Part shown: positions 19,831 through 30,330 of the stretch, one piece after another
Layout: each line of letters begins with the position of its first letter
Position numbering within the stretch: the first letter of the stretch is position 1
NCBI GenBank assembly: GCA_963797555.1
Contig: CAWCPV010000003.1
Location: forward strand, 512,001 to 576,000
Source of the DNA: an uncultured Gammaproteobacteria bacterium
GTDB taxonomy: Bacteria > Pseudomonadota > Gammaproteobacteria > CAWCPV01
Direction: 5' to 3'
Length of the DNA: 64,000 nucleotides
Translations under genes and position numbers: made by a program
The notes under the pieces: model-generated
Database searches by the model: none
Told to the model about the DNA's origin: nothing
Seen by the model: only the letters and a program-made list of their open reading frames with translations

Positions 19831-19865
19831 CCGACCGGTGTTTTGGCGATTTATTCACAAGCTCT

Positions 19866-20149
19866 GAGCTCACCACCGCGCGGTCATGCTGCAGGAAGTA
19901 TCTCAAGCGCTTGGGGATCGACAACACCCACTGGCGCACCGGCTGGCGGGGGAACACCTCCTCGACCAGATGCGCCGCGGCCTGCACCATGCGCCGGGTA
20001 TTGCAGGAGGGGCACACGCCACGGCCTTTGCAGGAAAAGGCGATCAGGAAGTCGTGGCCGCACTCCGAGCAGCGCGCCCGGGCAAAGCCAGGGGCGAGGA
20101 TCCCACATTCCAGATAGCGCCGGAACTCGCGCTCCACGAAACGAGGCAT
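19866..20149 (-). mobile_element. IS91/ISCR transposase N-terminal zinc-binding fragment
   Basis: EFRRYLECGILAPGFARARCSECG...FSCKGRGVCPSC...RQWVLSIPKRLRYFL. Confidence 0.9.
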
Positions 20150-20400
20150 TGCAGCGCGGGCTGGTCGCGTGTGCGTAAATCTCGGCGATCGAGAGCTTCT
20201 ACGTCTGGAACGGCGCGGTCGAACAAGCGCCCGAATACCGCGTGCTGTTCAAGACCACGCGGGCGCGGTACGCCGCGGTCGAGCAGGCGATCCGTTCCTT
20301 GCACAGCTACGAACTGCCGGCGATCCACGCGGAAGACATCGCGCAGGCCGAGCCGGCTTATGCGGCCTGGGTCGTGGCCAATAGCGGCGCGCCAGAATGA
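20150..20400 (+). pseudogene. cutA: Divalent-cation tolerance protein CutA, 5'-truncated with internal stop
   Basis: Hand translation: RGLVACA*ISAIESFYVWNGAVEQAPEYRVLFKTT...IRSLHSYELPAI...YAAWV. Confidence 0.85.
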
Positions 20401-21362
20401 TTGCGCTGCGCCTGCGCGGAGGGTGTTAAGCGCTGCGCATCGGCGCTGATCAACCAGCGGGCGATCGCGTCGCCGATCGGCTGGCCGGTGCCGGCTTCGT
20501 AATACACGAAAGCCGGCGACGGGTTGACCTCGAAGCAGACCCAGCGGCCGTCGGGCGTGCGGCGCAGATCGATACCCGCGAGCGCGAGCCGCATGCCGGC
20601 GGCCATGCGCCGGCAGCGCGCGGCGATGTCGAACGGCAGCGCACATTCGGCGAGCTCCACGTCCTCGCCTTGGCGCGCGGCGTAACGGTAGTCGTGCGCG
20701 CGGCTGCGTACCTCGGTCGCGAACACGGTGTCGCCGATCACATGCACGCGCACGTCGGTGCCGGGCACGCACTGCTGGAATTGCGTCGGCACATTGGCAA
20801 CGTCGTCGAGCCGGTGCAGGCGCTCGGGGTCGAGCACGTTCACGATGCTGCGCACGCCGCTGACGCTCTTGTAGATCAATCGGCCGTGGCGCGCGGCGAA
20901 CGCGCGCACTGCCGCGGGATCGGTGGTCACGAGGGTGGCGGGAACGTCGAAGCCGTGGGCACGGATCAGACGTAGCTGATACGGCTTCGAATTGTTTGCC
21001 GCCATCGCAGCCGGCGGGTTGACGATGGGCGCGGTCGTCAGATCGGCCCAGGTGACGAGCGCGCAGTCGACGCGCTCGGCCGCGGCGCGGCGTTCGGCGT
21101 CAGCGATGCCGTCCTGCGCGAGTGCGCGGGCGGTGTCGATCGGGCGCAGATAGGCCGCGCCGATGGTGTCGAAGTCGAGCGCGTCGCGGCCATCGGGTCC
21201 GGAGACCTCAAGCCGGAAACGCGTGCCGTCGACGCGCGCTTCCACTCGGCTGTCGGGCGCGTCGCGTTGGTCGAGCAGCCGATAGTCGGCGCCGAGCGTG
21301 TGCAACCGCGCTTCGATCGCATCGAGCGGACCGTCGCCGGGCATGCCCCAGAGCAGGATCAT
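20358..21362 (-). CDS. RimK/MvdD-like ATP-grasp ligase
   Basis: NSKPYQL...GFDVPATLVT, LIYKSVSG, FQQCVPGTDVRVHVIG, DYRY, GIDLRRTPDGRWVCFEVNPSP. Confidence 0.88.
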   Translation of the reverse strand: MILLWGMPGDGPLDAIEARLHTLGADYRLLDQRDAPDSRVEARVDGTRFRLEVSGPDGRDALDFDTIGAAYLRPIDTARALAQDGIADAERRAAAERVDCALVTWADLTTAPIVNPPAAMAANNSKPYQLRLIRAHGFDVPATLVTTDPAAVRAFAARHGRLIYKSVSGVRSIVNVLDPERLHRLDDVANVPTQFQQCVPGTDVRVHVIGDTVFATEVRSRAHDYRYAARQGEDVELAECALPFDIAARCRRMAAGMRLALAGIDLRRTPDGRWVCFEVNPSPAFVYYEAGTGQPIGDAIARWLISADAQRLTPSAQAQRNHSGAPLLATTQAA

Positions 21363-22009
21363 GCCGTTGCCCCGTCGAACAGCCGGGCGCGCACGAATGC
21401 GCGTGCTGCCTGGGTCTTCAGGTTCGGCTGCAGGCTTACCGCGGCGACCGCATCGCCGGCGAAGCGCAGACCGAGCAGGTCGGCGTCCGCGGCTGCGGCC
21501 AGAAGCTCGCACGCGCGCGCCTGCGCGGCGCTGACCCGGCGATCAACCGCACCGCGGCAAGCCAGTACGGTGCGCGTGATGCGCGCATTGGCGTCGGCCC
21601 ACGCGACGCCGGCGCGCGCGGCTGCGAGCTGCCAATGCAACTGCGACCAGGCCGGGCCGCACAAGGACGTGGGCGTCGGCCGGTTCAGCACCGGGCAGGC
21701 GCGCGCGCTCAACCACGCGACCAGAAACGCGTTGATCTCGGCGGTCGCGTATTCGCGGTCTTCGGCGGCGATCCACGGCAGTTCCTCGGCCGCCACCGCC
21801 GGCCGGCGCACGACGACGGCGCGCAGCGCGTCACTGGGTCGCGGCGCGCCTTCGGCGACGAAGCGGCCGTCGGCATCATCGAGCGGATCGAGCACCCAGC
21901 CCGGCGTGCACAGATCGCGCGCCGATACGAGCACCGCATCGTCTGCGCGCCACGCTTGCACGAGCGCGCGTGCCGCGGTGTCGTAGGCGCTGGCGAGGAT
22001 CGCGATCAA
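21359..22009 (-). CDS. Truncated or degenerate ATP-grasp-like partner protein
   Basis: VVVRRPAV...EDREYATAEINAFLVAWL...PVLNRP resembles the pre-ATP-grasp region; no catalytic EVN motif; ATGA-coupled to the ATP-grasp gene. Confidence 0.6.
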   Translation of the reverse strand: MIAILASAYDTAARALVQAWRADDAVLVSARDLCTPGWVLDPLDDADGRFVAEGAPRPSDALRAVVVRRPAVAAEELPWIAAEDREYATAEINAFLVAWLSARACPVLNRPTPTSLCGPAWSQLHWQLAAARAGVAWADANARITRTVLACRGAVDRRVSAAQARACELLAAAADADLLGLRFAGDAVAAVSLQPNLKTQAARAFVRARLFDGATA

Positions 22010-22012
22010 GGC

Positions 22013-23893
22013 TTAGCCTTTGCGTCCTTTGCCGCCCTTTTTGCCACCCTCTTCGCCACCGCGCTTGCCGCTCCCCTTGTCCGTGCGCTTGCCGTCGTCA
22101 TCGTCGACCACCGGTAGGATCACGTTCGGGTCGGCCGGCAGCCGTTCGGGGGCGAGGATGCGGCCGACGATAGGCGGCTCCGCTGCCAGTCCGCCGGCGA
22201 CGGTCCCGCCGACATCGGGCCGTTCCTTCTTCGAGATGAAGCTGCGCATCTGCCGCACATCGGCCTCGATCTGGTCGCTGCGCTCGACGATGGTCTTGAT
22301 GACCTGGTTCCAGTCGCCTTCGCCGAAGCGCTCGCGCCAATCGCCTTCGTTCCATTTGCGCCGGTCTTCGAAGATCTGCTTGAAGCGCTCGACCTCGATC
22401 TTCGCGATCTCCTTGACCTCCTTGATCTCCCACTTCAGTTCTTTCCAGACCTTGGGACCGACGGTGACGGTCGGGCAATCGGCCGACGAGATGCCGTTTG
22501 CGATCACGCACAACATGTAGGCGCCCGAGGGCGTATTGGCCGGCACGGTGAACTGCGTCGTATGGATCACGGCGCCGGTGTTGACGCCCATGGTCGAATG
22601 GTTGCGCGTGCGGCAGTAGAAGACGTCGCCGGTGCTGGTGTTGGTCAGGCGCACCAGCGGGTAGTTCGTGCCCATCGCGCCTTCGTCGCCGTAGATCACC
22701 GCTTGCGACAAGCCGTTGAGCTGGCGCCCGTGCAGCGTGTAGGTGGCGCCCGGGTGCAGCGCGGTCGGCACCGAGGTGATGCTCGGACGCCAGACCGGAT
22801 CGGGCTCAAGGTCGGGCGTATAGATCGCGACCGTCGTCGAGTTGTTCGTATGCAGGACTTCGCCGTTGGGCAGCAGCATCAGCCGCGAGCTGAACGGGCT
22901 GCCGCCGCTGTTGATCGGGGCGGTGACCTCGGTCAGCGTGTTGGTCGGCGGGTCGTACTCGAACACATGCACGGGCGAGCCCCAGAACGCGGTCGAGCCC
23001 GAGCCCGCGCTCTGATCGCACGGCGCGACCAGGCACAACACCTTGCCATTGGGCAGCAACGCCGCCGGCGCGTCCTTCGCGCCCGTGACGCGGCCTGCCA
23101 CCAGCACCGGGAAGTCCGGCCCCGCAGCCCAGGTACCGGCCTGGTTCGCGATCGGCGGCGGCGTGTACAGCGCGGTGTCGTTCGTCGCGCCGATGCAGAA
23201 CACGCGCCCATCGGGCAACAGGATCGCCGCGCCGACTTCGTCGGATGCCGCATCGACTAGGGTGACCGGTGTGCTGCCCGCGCTGACCCAGGTGTTGGAC
23301 GCGGGCACATATTTCTCGACCTGCGGCCGGTTGTCGCATTCGATCGCGAGCACGGTCTGGTCCGGCAGCGCAACCCAGGTCTCCTCGGTACAGCGCGCAT
23401 CGTTCTTGGTGCCGGCCGCGGTCCAACTGTTGGTGGCCGGGTCGTAGATCGCGCTGCGCTGACCGTTGATGTCGCCGAGCAGCACGCGGCCATCGGCCAG
23501 AGTGGCGCACGGTGCGTCGCCGATATTGGTCCAGCCCGGCGGCGCGGCGATTGCGGTCCAACTGTTCGCGACCGGGTCGTAGATCGCCGCGGTCGCGACC
23601 TCGGCCTGCACGGTATTGCCGTCATATTCGCCGCCGGCAATGAAGACCCGCCCGTCGCGCAGCATCGTGCAGGCGAAGTACAACGGCGCCCAGGCGCTGT
23701 CGGCGACCCGATGCCAAGTGCCGTTGCGGTAACTGCCTTGCGCATCGGGCACCAGCCGCCACCAATGGCGGGTGGCGGTCACGCCGCCCGAGTTGGGTTC
23801 GTCGTGGCAAAGCACCGAACCATCGGTCAGCAGGAGCATCGTGCCGGCGCTGAATGTCGGTGCATTGGTCAGGGTGTTCCAGGTTCCGGCCAT
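22013..23893 (-). CDS. Kelch/galactose-oxidase-like beta-propeller with Ig-like domain and Lys/Glu-rich tail
   Basis: Repeats LLTDGSVL, LRDGRVFIAGG..YDPVANSW, LADGRVLL..YDPATNSW, LLPDGRVF, LLPNGKVL, LLPNGEVL; GGGAGA RBS before ATG 23893. Confidence 0.8.
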   Translation of the reverse strand: MAGTWNTLTNAPTFSAGTMLLLTDGSVLCHDEPNSGGVTATRHWWRLVPDAQGSYRNGTWHRVADSAWAPLYFACTMLRDGRVFIAGGEYDGNTVQAEVATAAIYDPVANSWTAIAAPPGWTNIGDAPCATLADGRVLLGDINGQRSAIYDPATNSWTAAGTKNDARCTEETWVALPDQTVLAIECDNRPQVEKYVPASNTWVSAGSTPVTLVDAASDEVGAAILLPDGRVFCIGATNDTALYTPPPIANQAGTWAAGPDFPVLVAGRVTGAKDAPAALLPNGKVLCLVAPCDQSAGSGSTAFWGSPVHVFEYDPPTNTLTEVTAPINSGGSPFSSRLMLLPNGEVLHTNNSTTVAIYTPDLEPDPVWRPSITSVPTALHPGATYTLHGRQLNGLSQAVIYGDEGAMGTNYPLVRLTNTSTGDVFYCRTRNHSTMGVNTGAVIHTTQFTVPANTPSGAYMLCVIANGISSADCPTVTVGPKVWKELKWEIKEVKEIAKIEVERFKQIFEDRRKWNEGDWRERFGEGDWNQVIKTIVERSDQIEADVRQMRSFISKKERPDVGGTVAGGLAAEPPIVGRILAPERLPADPNVILPVVDDDDGKRTDKGSGKRGGEEGGKKGGKGRKG

Positions 23894-24129
23894 GGTGATC
23901 TCCCGCATGAATTCGCAATGCCGCGGACTTAGTCCGCGGCGACCGATGCACTCCAAAGGATAAAGGAGTCGGGATAGAAATGCGACGCGCGCGCCGTCGT
24001 AGGGTACGGTGGCTAATCCATCGGTTTCCCGATGGGATTCAATCCGGCTCTCATAACAGCCACGTTTCCGCAAGCCTCCCTGCGATCCCGGACGGTCGGA
24101 TTTCCCGAGTCCGGTTCTGACTTTGATGC

Positions 24130-24502
24130 AACCCCTCGGTCGTCTTCCCGCAGAGAGTGAGGCTGAACGCCATCGTCCATGATGCCGGCCTTGAGAAAAC
24201 GCTGCACGATCCGTAACAGCTTGGGATCGGCTATGCGGTGCTCCAGAAATCTCACCAGGTGGGTGTGTGACACATGGTCGAAGAAGCCCTTGATGTCAGC
24301 CTCCACCACCCACTGAATCCCTTCGTTGGTGATGACTTCCGCCACCCGCGCGAGCGCATCGTGTGCACTGCGCCCAGGGCGAAAGCCAAACGAGCAGTCG
24401 CAAAACTCCGGCTCCCAGATGGCTTGCAGAATACGGCTCAGGCGGTCTTCGAAGCTCGGCACGCCGAGCGCGCGGTAGCGGCCATCCCTTTTGGGGATAT
24501 AA
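24130..24502 (-). pseudogene. Group II intron RT fragment (about RT1-RT3)
   Basis: YIPKRDGRYRALGVPSFEDR, SFGFRPGRSAHDAL, WVVEADIKGFFDHV; no YADD. Confidence 0.9.
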
Positions 24503-27371
24503 GCGATTCCGAAAAACCTCATACGCGCAAGCGGGCCGGATCAGAATGTCCCACTTGGGCAAAGATGGATTGCGTTCCAGCCGGGCATCCACCTCCTGCA
24601 TGGCCCCTTTGGAGAGGGAGACGGCTTTTTCGGGCTCTTTCCGGAATCGTGTGGGTAGCAATGCCTATGGCGTGGGGGCATCTGCCTGATCTCTGACACC
24701 AGAGGGTGTGTTGAACGGCGAGGCGGGCAGGTGGGCGAGATTGCCGGCGATGAGGTAGGCGATGGTGATGAGCGAGTGCGTGGTGCGGTAGCCCCGGGCG
24801 CGAGCCTTGGCGGCCTGGATGAGGGAGTTGATGCCCTCGGCGCGGCCGTTGGTGAGGCCCGAGTGGAACGCAGCGAGCACGCCGTCCCAGTGCTCTTTCA
24901 GGGTAGTGGCGAGGCGTTTCATGGGCTGCAGGCGGTGACGCCGTGCCCAGCTATACCAGCGCCCGAGGGCGCTCTCGGCCTGCTCGAGGGTGCTGGCCGT
25001 GGCGTAGATATCGCGCAGCGCCTCCTTGAGGCGCCAGGCACGGGCGGTCTGGAGGCGGCGCGGGAGAGCCAGTGGAAGTCGGTGAGTTGGTCCCAGGCCA
25101 GACGTGGGCGTCTTTGAGCCAGGTCCAACGGGTGCCTCTGAGGGCGGGCTCGGTCTTGATCTCCTGGCGGCGCACCGCATCGACCGCCTCGTTGGCGAGC
25201 TTGATCACATGGAAGGCATCGAAGCTCACCGTGGCCTGGGGCAGGTGCCTGGCCACCCCGGCGCGGTAGGCGCCGGACAGGTCGATGCACACCTGCTCGA
25301 TGGCCTGCGGGTCGCCGCCGTGCGCCTTGAGGTCGGCGGCGAAGGCCGCCACGGTGCTCTGGTCGCGGCCCTCGCAGGCGAACAGCAGGCGTTTTCCCGT
25401 GAGGTCATGGAACAGGCTGATGTAGTGCTGTTCACGCCGGGCAGCGGTCTCGTCCAGGCCCACAGCGCTCACCTGCGAGTGGTCCTCCTGAGCGCGGGCA
25501 CTGCCTACGTAGTGATCGAGCACCCCCCACAGGCGCTCATCGCCCACACCCAGGTGCCGAGCCACGGTCGCCACCGGCAGGGCCTGGCACAGCGTGACCA
25601 CCAGCGCCTCCATCAGCGCCGTGAAGCCACTGTGTGCGCGCGCCCACGGCGCTTCGACCTGGGTCGTCTTGCCGCAGGCCTCGCAGCGCACCCGCGGCAG
25701 ATGCGCGTGCAGGTACGCCCGTGACTTAAAGAAGCTCAGGTGCTGCCAACTGCGCTCCCGGGTGTCGTGCACCGGCTGGCCTTGCGCTCCGCAGGCCGGG
25801 CAGGCAAAGCGGCTGCCCTTGGCAAACGCCACATCGAGGTCGATGCGCCCAGCCTCGGGGTCGAACCGCACGTCGGTGACCTCCCAAGGCACTGTCAGGC
25901 CCAGTGCCGTGGTAAACAGATGCGTGGGCTGCACGGTGCTCCCCCCTTGGATGACGGCCTGTGGATTTGTGGACGAGCCCTGCGGAGCGGCCCGCGTCCC
26001 AAGGACCGTGTGGACAACCTCCCGGTTGCCCACACTCGTGGGCCTCTCGCCCACAACCCCACAAGCCCACAAGCCCAACCACAAGATGTTGTGATAAGCG
26101 ACCGGTCAGGGCAAATGCTACTTGACTACCGCGACCCACACAATTGCCGAAAGAGGCCTTTTTCGTAGAACCTATTCGCGACTCAATTCCACAATGGGAT
26201 GGATGCCCTTCCAGGTCATGCTCTTGGCCCACTCCAGCATGGTTTGGGCGTCCACCAGTTTGGCGCCGTTCCAGTGTTTTTCCAGTATCCCCCAACAACG
26301 CTCCACTGGATTGTATTTGCTGTGGTATGGCGGGTAGTACAGGAGCTGGATGGGCTTGCCGATGTGATCGGCGAACTCCACCATTCGGTTGAGAAATTGG
26401 GTGCGCCGACCATTGCTCTCTGGCCCATTGTCGGCCTTGATCTGGAGGAGCGAGAAGCCGTTGCGTTCTTCGGCTGATAGCTGATCCCACCACCCGTAGA
26501 TGCTATCCACGATGAAATCACTGCTTTTCGCGGAGCTGCCAAAAGCCAAGTACAGTTGTCCAGTGTCCTCATTCACCACGCCGAACGGGGTGTATTTCTC
26601 CTTGCACCCCATGTCGTGATCAGCAGCCTGATTGTCGCCGCGCGTCATACCGCCGCGGGAGTACTCGCCAATGTTCACCGTGGCTTTGCAGTCCATGCTC
26701 AATCGCAGGACCGCCTCTCCCTCGCAGGGCTGGCCCTTTTCCTTGAGGTTGGCGAAGATGGCATCGGTTTCCGGTACTTTTTTTGGGGTTTAGCCTTGAC
26801 CACCGGGCGCAGCCGGTAGCCATTTCGGTTGAGTGCTTCGGCCATGGTGCTCGGAGAGGGCAGCACCTCCTCCGCAAAGCCTTGGGCACGCAACTGCTTG
26901 AGGGCTTCCTTCGCGCTCAGTCGGGTAAAGGACAGCACGGTGCGGAAGGTCGGGTCCTGTTGGGAATGGGCTTGTGCCAAGACCCACAGGGCATTGGCCA
27001 CGTCCGGGGTGCTTCTCCTCCCAGCGCTTGTCGCCAGCGACGGCTGACTGCGCGCTCAGACAGACAACGCCCGTGCGCTTCTCGTGAAGTCCCAGCTCCA
27101 CCGCATCCCGGCTCCAGCCAAACAACACCTCCGCTTGGCGAGGGCCACCGGCGCAGTACTTCACCGCCATCTCCGCCTGGAACGCCCTTCGCTTCGCTCC
27201 CAACATCCTGGGCAGGCCGCAAGCTTGAGGTCATTCAGATGACCGGCCTCAGGAATGGATCGGTTTCCAGGGACGGTGGCGTGGCTCATCAGCGGTTAGC
27301 TTTCCTTTTCAGTTCAGAAAATGAGCTGTAAGTATCGCATGCAATGGTATAAAGTTTAATAGGAAATAGCC
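24503..27371 (-). mobile_element. ISAzo13-family element (frameshifted transposase, split by ISL3), TAA target duplication
   Basis: SQQDPTFRT, SMDCKATVNIG, ADNGPESNGRRTQF, YYPPYHSKYNPVERCWG; C-terminus LSKGAMQEVDARLERNPSLPKWDILIRP near 24530-24630; TAA at 24500-24502 and 27372-27374. Confidence 0.88.
24633..26157 (-). mobile_element. ISL3-family element with terminal IRs and 8-bp TSD
   Basis: CPACG..HDTRERSWQHL, GLDETA, FDAFHVIKLANEAVDAVRR, TNGRAEGINSLIQ; IRs GGCTCTTTCCGGAATCGTGTGGGT / GCCTCTTTCGGCAATTGTGTGGGT; CTTTTTCG at 24625-24632 and 26158-26165. Confidence 0.92.
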
Positions 27372-27625
27372 TAAGTGCGCCGCACCGGCTTGGGCCGGTA
27401 GCCCAACCGACGTATCCGCGCCGACAGCTCCGCCAGTCGCTCCTCCAACCCTTCGCCGTACTCCTCCTTTCTCATCCCATCGACTCCGGGCGCCTTCCTT
27501 CTCTCTTGACGCTCGAAGCTCTCGCGCAACCCTTCCGGGTCGTAGACCCTCCCCATCAGGGCGTTGAACCGTAGCCGCGGCTCCTCGCGCGCCTTGTGTG
27601 TGAAACGCTCAAGTGGTGTTGTCAC
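27372..27625 (-). pseudogene. Group II intron RT N-terminal fragment (RT0)
   Basis: RFNALMGRVY...KAPGVDG...YRPKPVRRT. Confidence 0.88.
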
Positions 27626-28344
27626 GGACAGAGTCCTCTCAGCGTAGGGCCGTGTTTCTCTCTCGCGTTATCTCAAACCGCCACCCCTTCGCTCCGCCCG
27701 CATTACCAGGCTTCCACACTACTATGGGTGGCTCCGACTTCCGTACGCCTCCGTCCGTGTCCTCGCTTCTTACACTCGTTCACGGGTGCCCGCTCCCTGC
27801 GAACCAACATCCGGATCTCCTTGGTTACCGCTTACTCGCAATGTCAGGCTCGACGCGGCCTCGGACCCCGGGGAGCACCCCGCACCACTCGCCATCGCGC
27901 AGCGGGGGTTGTTGCCTGCCGGTTGGACAAGCCCGTCGGCGCTCTCCTGCTGAATCTTTCGGGGCTCTACACCTTCAAGGTCGGCTTCCCCCGTTACCCT
28001 TGCACCTCGCCTGCCTTCGCGCCTACGCATCAATCCGCCCGTTACCGGACAAACTGCAAGGCTCGATACTGGGCTCGTGGCTAGCGATTACCCAGGTGGG
28101 CTTCACACCCACTAAAGTACGCAGCATTGCCAAGCCGCTGCTGACCCCGATTATCGGCTAGGCCCTGCCCGTGGCGCGCTTCAGGAGGCGATAGGCCCTC
28201 CACAGGGGGTTCCTGCGGATCTCCGTAAGCTCCTGCTCCCGGGCGAAGGCGAGGGCTTCGGCGTACGCCAGGCCCCTTCGGCGGCGGAGTTCGTCATGGC
28301 AGCCTGGTAGTGTAAAGCCCGCACCGATCGTATGCCACTTCCCT

Positions 28345-28798
28345 GTGGGCGATGCTGCTGGCGAGAATCTACGAGGTGTTTCCGCTGCTCTGTCCGCACT
28401 GTGGGCGCCGATGCGGATCATCGCCTTCGTCACCGATACCGCCTGGGTCACCCGCATGCTCCAGCACCTCGGGGAACCGACCCAGCCGCCGCGCGAGGCC
28501 CGCCGGAGTGGGAGGAGCCGCCCGAGCAGAGTCCGGCCTTCGAATTCGACCAGACCCTGAGCTGGTAAAGCCGGCAACGGAGCGTGTCCCCAGCGCCAGG
28601 GTTCGCGCAGCTCGCCGGGAAGCCCCCACCGCAACCCCCGCCACCCTCCTTGGGCCGGCTCGGCCTGCGTTCGGAAGTCAAATGCGCCCCGCGGACCGGC
28701 CCCCTGGCCCCCCTGTGCCGAACCTCCCCCGAACCTTGACCGCTGCCCGCGCGACGACTACGCTTCCCGTACGCCAGATGCGGTTGAATTTCCTATCC
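28345..28798 (+). mobile_element. IS91/ISCR 3' remnant with oriIS, copy 1
   Basis: WAMLLARIYEVFPLLCPHCG..MRIIAFVT; ends GGTTGAATTTCCTATCC. Confidence 0.88.
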
Positions 28799-28897
28799 TT
28801 ATCCTTAATACAGGCGTACAACCTGGGCCTTCGCCCAGAGAACATCAGAACATCGCGCTTCCTGCGCCACAGGGGCTATAACCCCAAAGGAGGAGAC

Positions 28898-30280
28898 ATG
28901 AGAGCAACGCGCTCGCGGATTTACGGGAGGGCGGGTTTGGTTGCGGCGGTGGCGCTCTGTGCCGCGGCTCTGTACGGGGCGACGGTGGCGGATGAGACCT
29001 GCATGTCGCCGTACATGGCGAAGATCGTGGGGCAGGAAGACTTCGTATACGTGTGGACGCTCGGAATGGCGGGGGTGGGCGACGAGCAGGACAAGCTGGT
29101 GACGATCGACGTGAATCCGAAGTCGGCCACGTATGGCAAGGTGGTCAGCACACTCTCGGTGGGTGGGCGCAACGAGGCGCACCACTCGGGGTTGACCGAC
29201 GACCGCATGTATCTGTGGGCGGCCGGCCTCGATACGAACAAGATCTTCGTCTTCGACATCCACACGGACCCGGCGAAGCCGAAGCTGCACAAGACGATCA
29301 CCGACTTCGTTGCGAAAAGCGGGGGCGTGGTGGGGCCGCACACGCACTATGCGCTGCCGGGGCGGATGATGATCACCGGGCTGTCGAACAACAAGGACCA
29401 CGGGGGGCGGACCGGGATGGTCGAATACACCAACGACGGCAAGTACATCACGACGCACTGGATGCCCACGGACGATCGGCTCGAGGGTGCGAAAAAGACG
29501 GGTAAGTATGCCGACGGCTACGGCTACGACGTGCGCGCCTTCCCGCGGCTCAACGTGCTCGTCACCTCGTCGTTCACGGGGTGGAACAACTACATGATGA
29601 ACCTCGGCAAGATGATGGCCGATGCGGAGGCGATGAAACGTTTCGGCAACACGGTGGTGGTGTGGAACCTGCACACGCGCAAGCCGAAGAAGATCTTCGA
29701 CGTCCCGGGCGCCCCGCTGGAGATCCGCTGTGCCTGGGGAGCGCGACATGACTACTGCTTCACCGCCACGGCGCTGACCTCGAAGATCTGGCTGATCTAT
29801 GCCGACGGACAAGGGGACTGGCAGGCCGAGGCGGTGGCCGACATCGGGGATGCCAGCAAGATTCCGTTGCCGGTCGACATCTCGATTTCCGCCGAAGACA
29901 CCCAGCTCTGGGTGGACACCTGGAACGACGGGAAGACGCGGCTGTTCGACATCACCGATCCGCATCATCCGAAGCAGGTTTCGGAGGAGAAGATCGGCGA
30001 TCAGATCAACATGGTGTCGCAGAGCTGGGACGGGAAGCGGGTGTACTTCACGTCGTCGCTGCTGGCGAACTGGGACAAGACCAAGGGGAAGGCGGGGGAC
30101 CTGCAGTACTTCAAGGCCTACAACTGGGACGGCCAGAAGCTGACGCCGGCCTTCGCGATCGACTTCGAGAAGGAGAAGCTCGGTGCGCCGCATCAGATGC
30201 GCTTCGGAGCCCGCGCGTTGTACGGCAGCAGCAGCGCTCGGCGCGATGAGGCCGTGCGAGTCGCCGAGGCGGCACAGTAG
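28898..30280 (+). CDS. mtoX: Methanethiol oxidase (SBP56 family), secreted
   Basis: Signal peptide, then DETCMSPY...GQEDFVYVWTLGMAGVGDEQDKLVTIDV...GGRNEAHH...GPHTHYALPGRM; followed by SCO and MauG-like genes as in described mtoX clusters. Confidence 0.85.
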   Translation: MRATRSRIYGRAGLVAAVALCAAALYGATVADETCMSPYMAKIVGQEDFVYVWTLGMAGVGDEQDKLVTIDVNPKSATYGKVVSTLSVGGRNEAHHSGLTDDRMYLWAAGLDTNKIFVFDIHTDPAKPKLHKTITDFVAKSGGVVGPHTHYALPGRMMITGLSNNKDHGGRTGMVEYTNDGKYITTHWMPTDDRLEGAKKTGKYADGYGYDVRAFPRLNVLVTSSFTGWNNYMMNLGKMMADAEAMKRFGNTVVVWNLHTRKPKKIFDVPGAPLEIRCAWGARHDYCFTATALTSKIWLIYADGQGDWQAEAVADIGDASKIPLPVDISISAEDTQLWVDTWNDGKTRLFDITDPHHPKQVSEEKIGDQINMVSQSWDGKRVYFTSSLLANWDKTKGKAGDLQYFKAYNWDGQKLTPAFAIDFEKEKLGAPHQMRFGARALYGSSSARRDEAVRVAEAAQ

Positions 30281-30330
30281 GGGTAACTCGAGGGGCGGTG
30301 GCGCGGTCGCCACGCCGCGGAGTGACGGCG

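Larger units (their letters stand above)
23968..28140 (-). mobile_element. Degenerate group II intron (RT internally deleted and interrupted by nested IS)
   Basis: Domain V GAACCGGACTCGGGAAATCCGACCGTCCGGGATCGCAGGGAGGC near 24075-24118; 3' end TTTCTATCCCGAC at 23968; 5' ribozyme-like region 27630-28140. Confidence 0.85.

Noticed and set aside
2834-27625. Diversity-generating retroelement (Avd-like gene plus RT)
   Set aside because: The RT is a broken group II intron RT with domain V/VI, lies more than 7 kb from the nearest four-helix gene, and I saw no TR/VR pair with adenine-specific mismatches.
28158-28330. Short minus-strand C-terminal gene fragment (…RNPLWRAYRLLKRATGRA)
   Set aside because: Truncated by the IS91 remnant and too short to assign.
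28352-28897. N-terminal extension of the 642-aa mtoX ORF (likewise 32702-32884 for VOC)
   Set aside because: Read-through of IS91 remnant sequence; the true starts have an RBS at 28898 and 32885.
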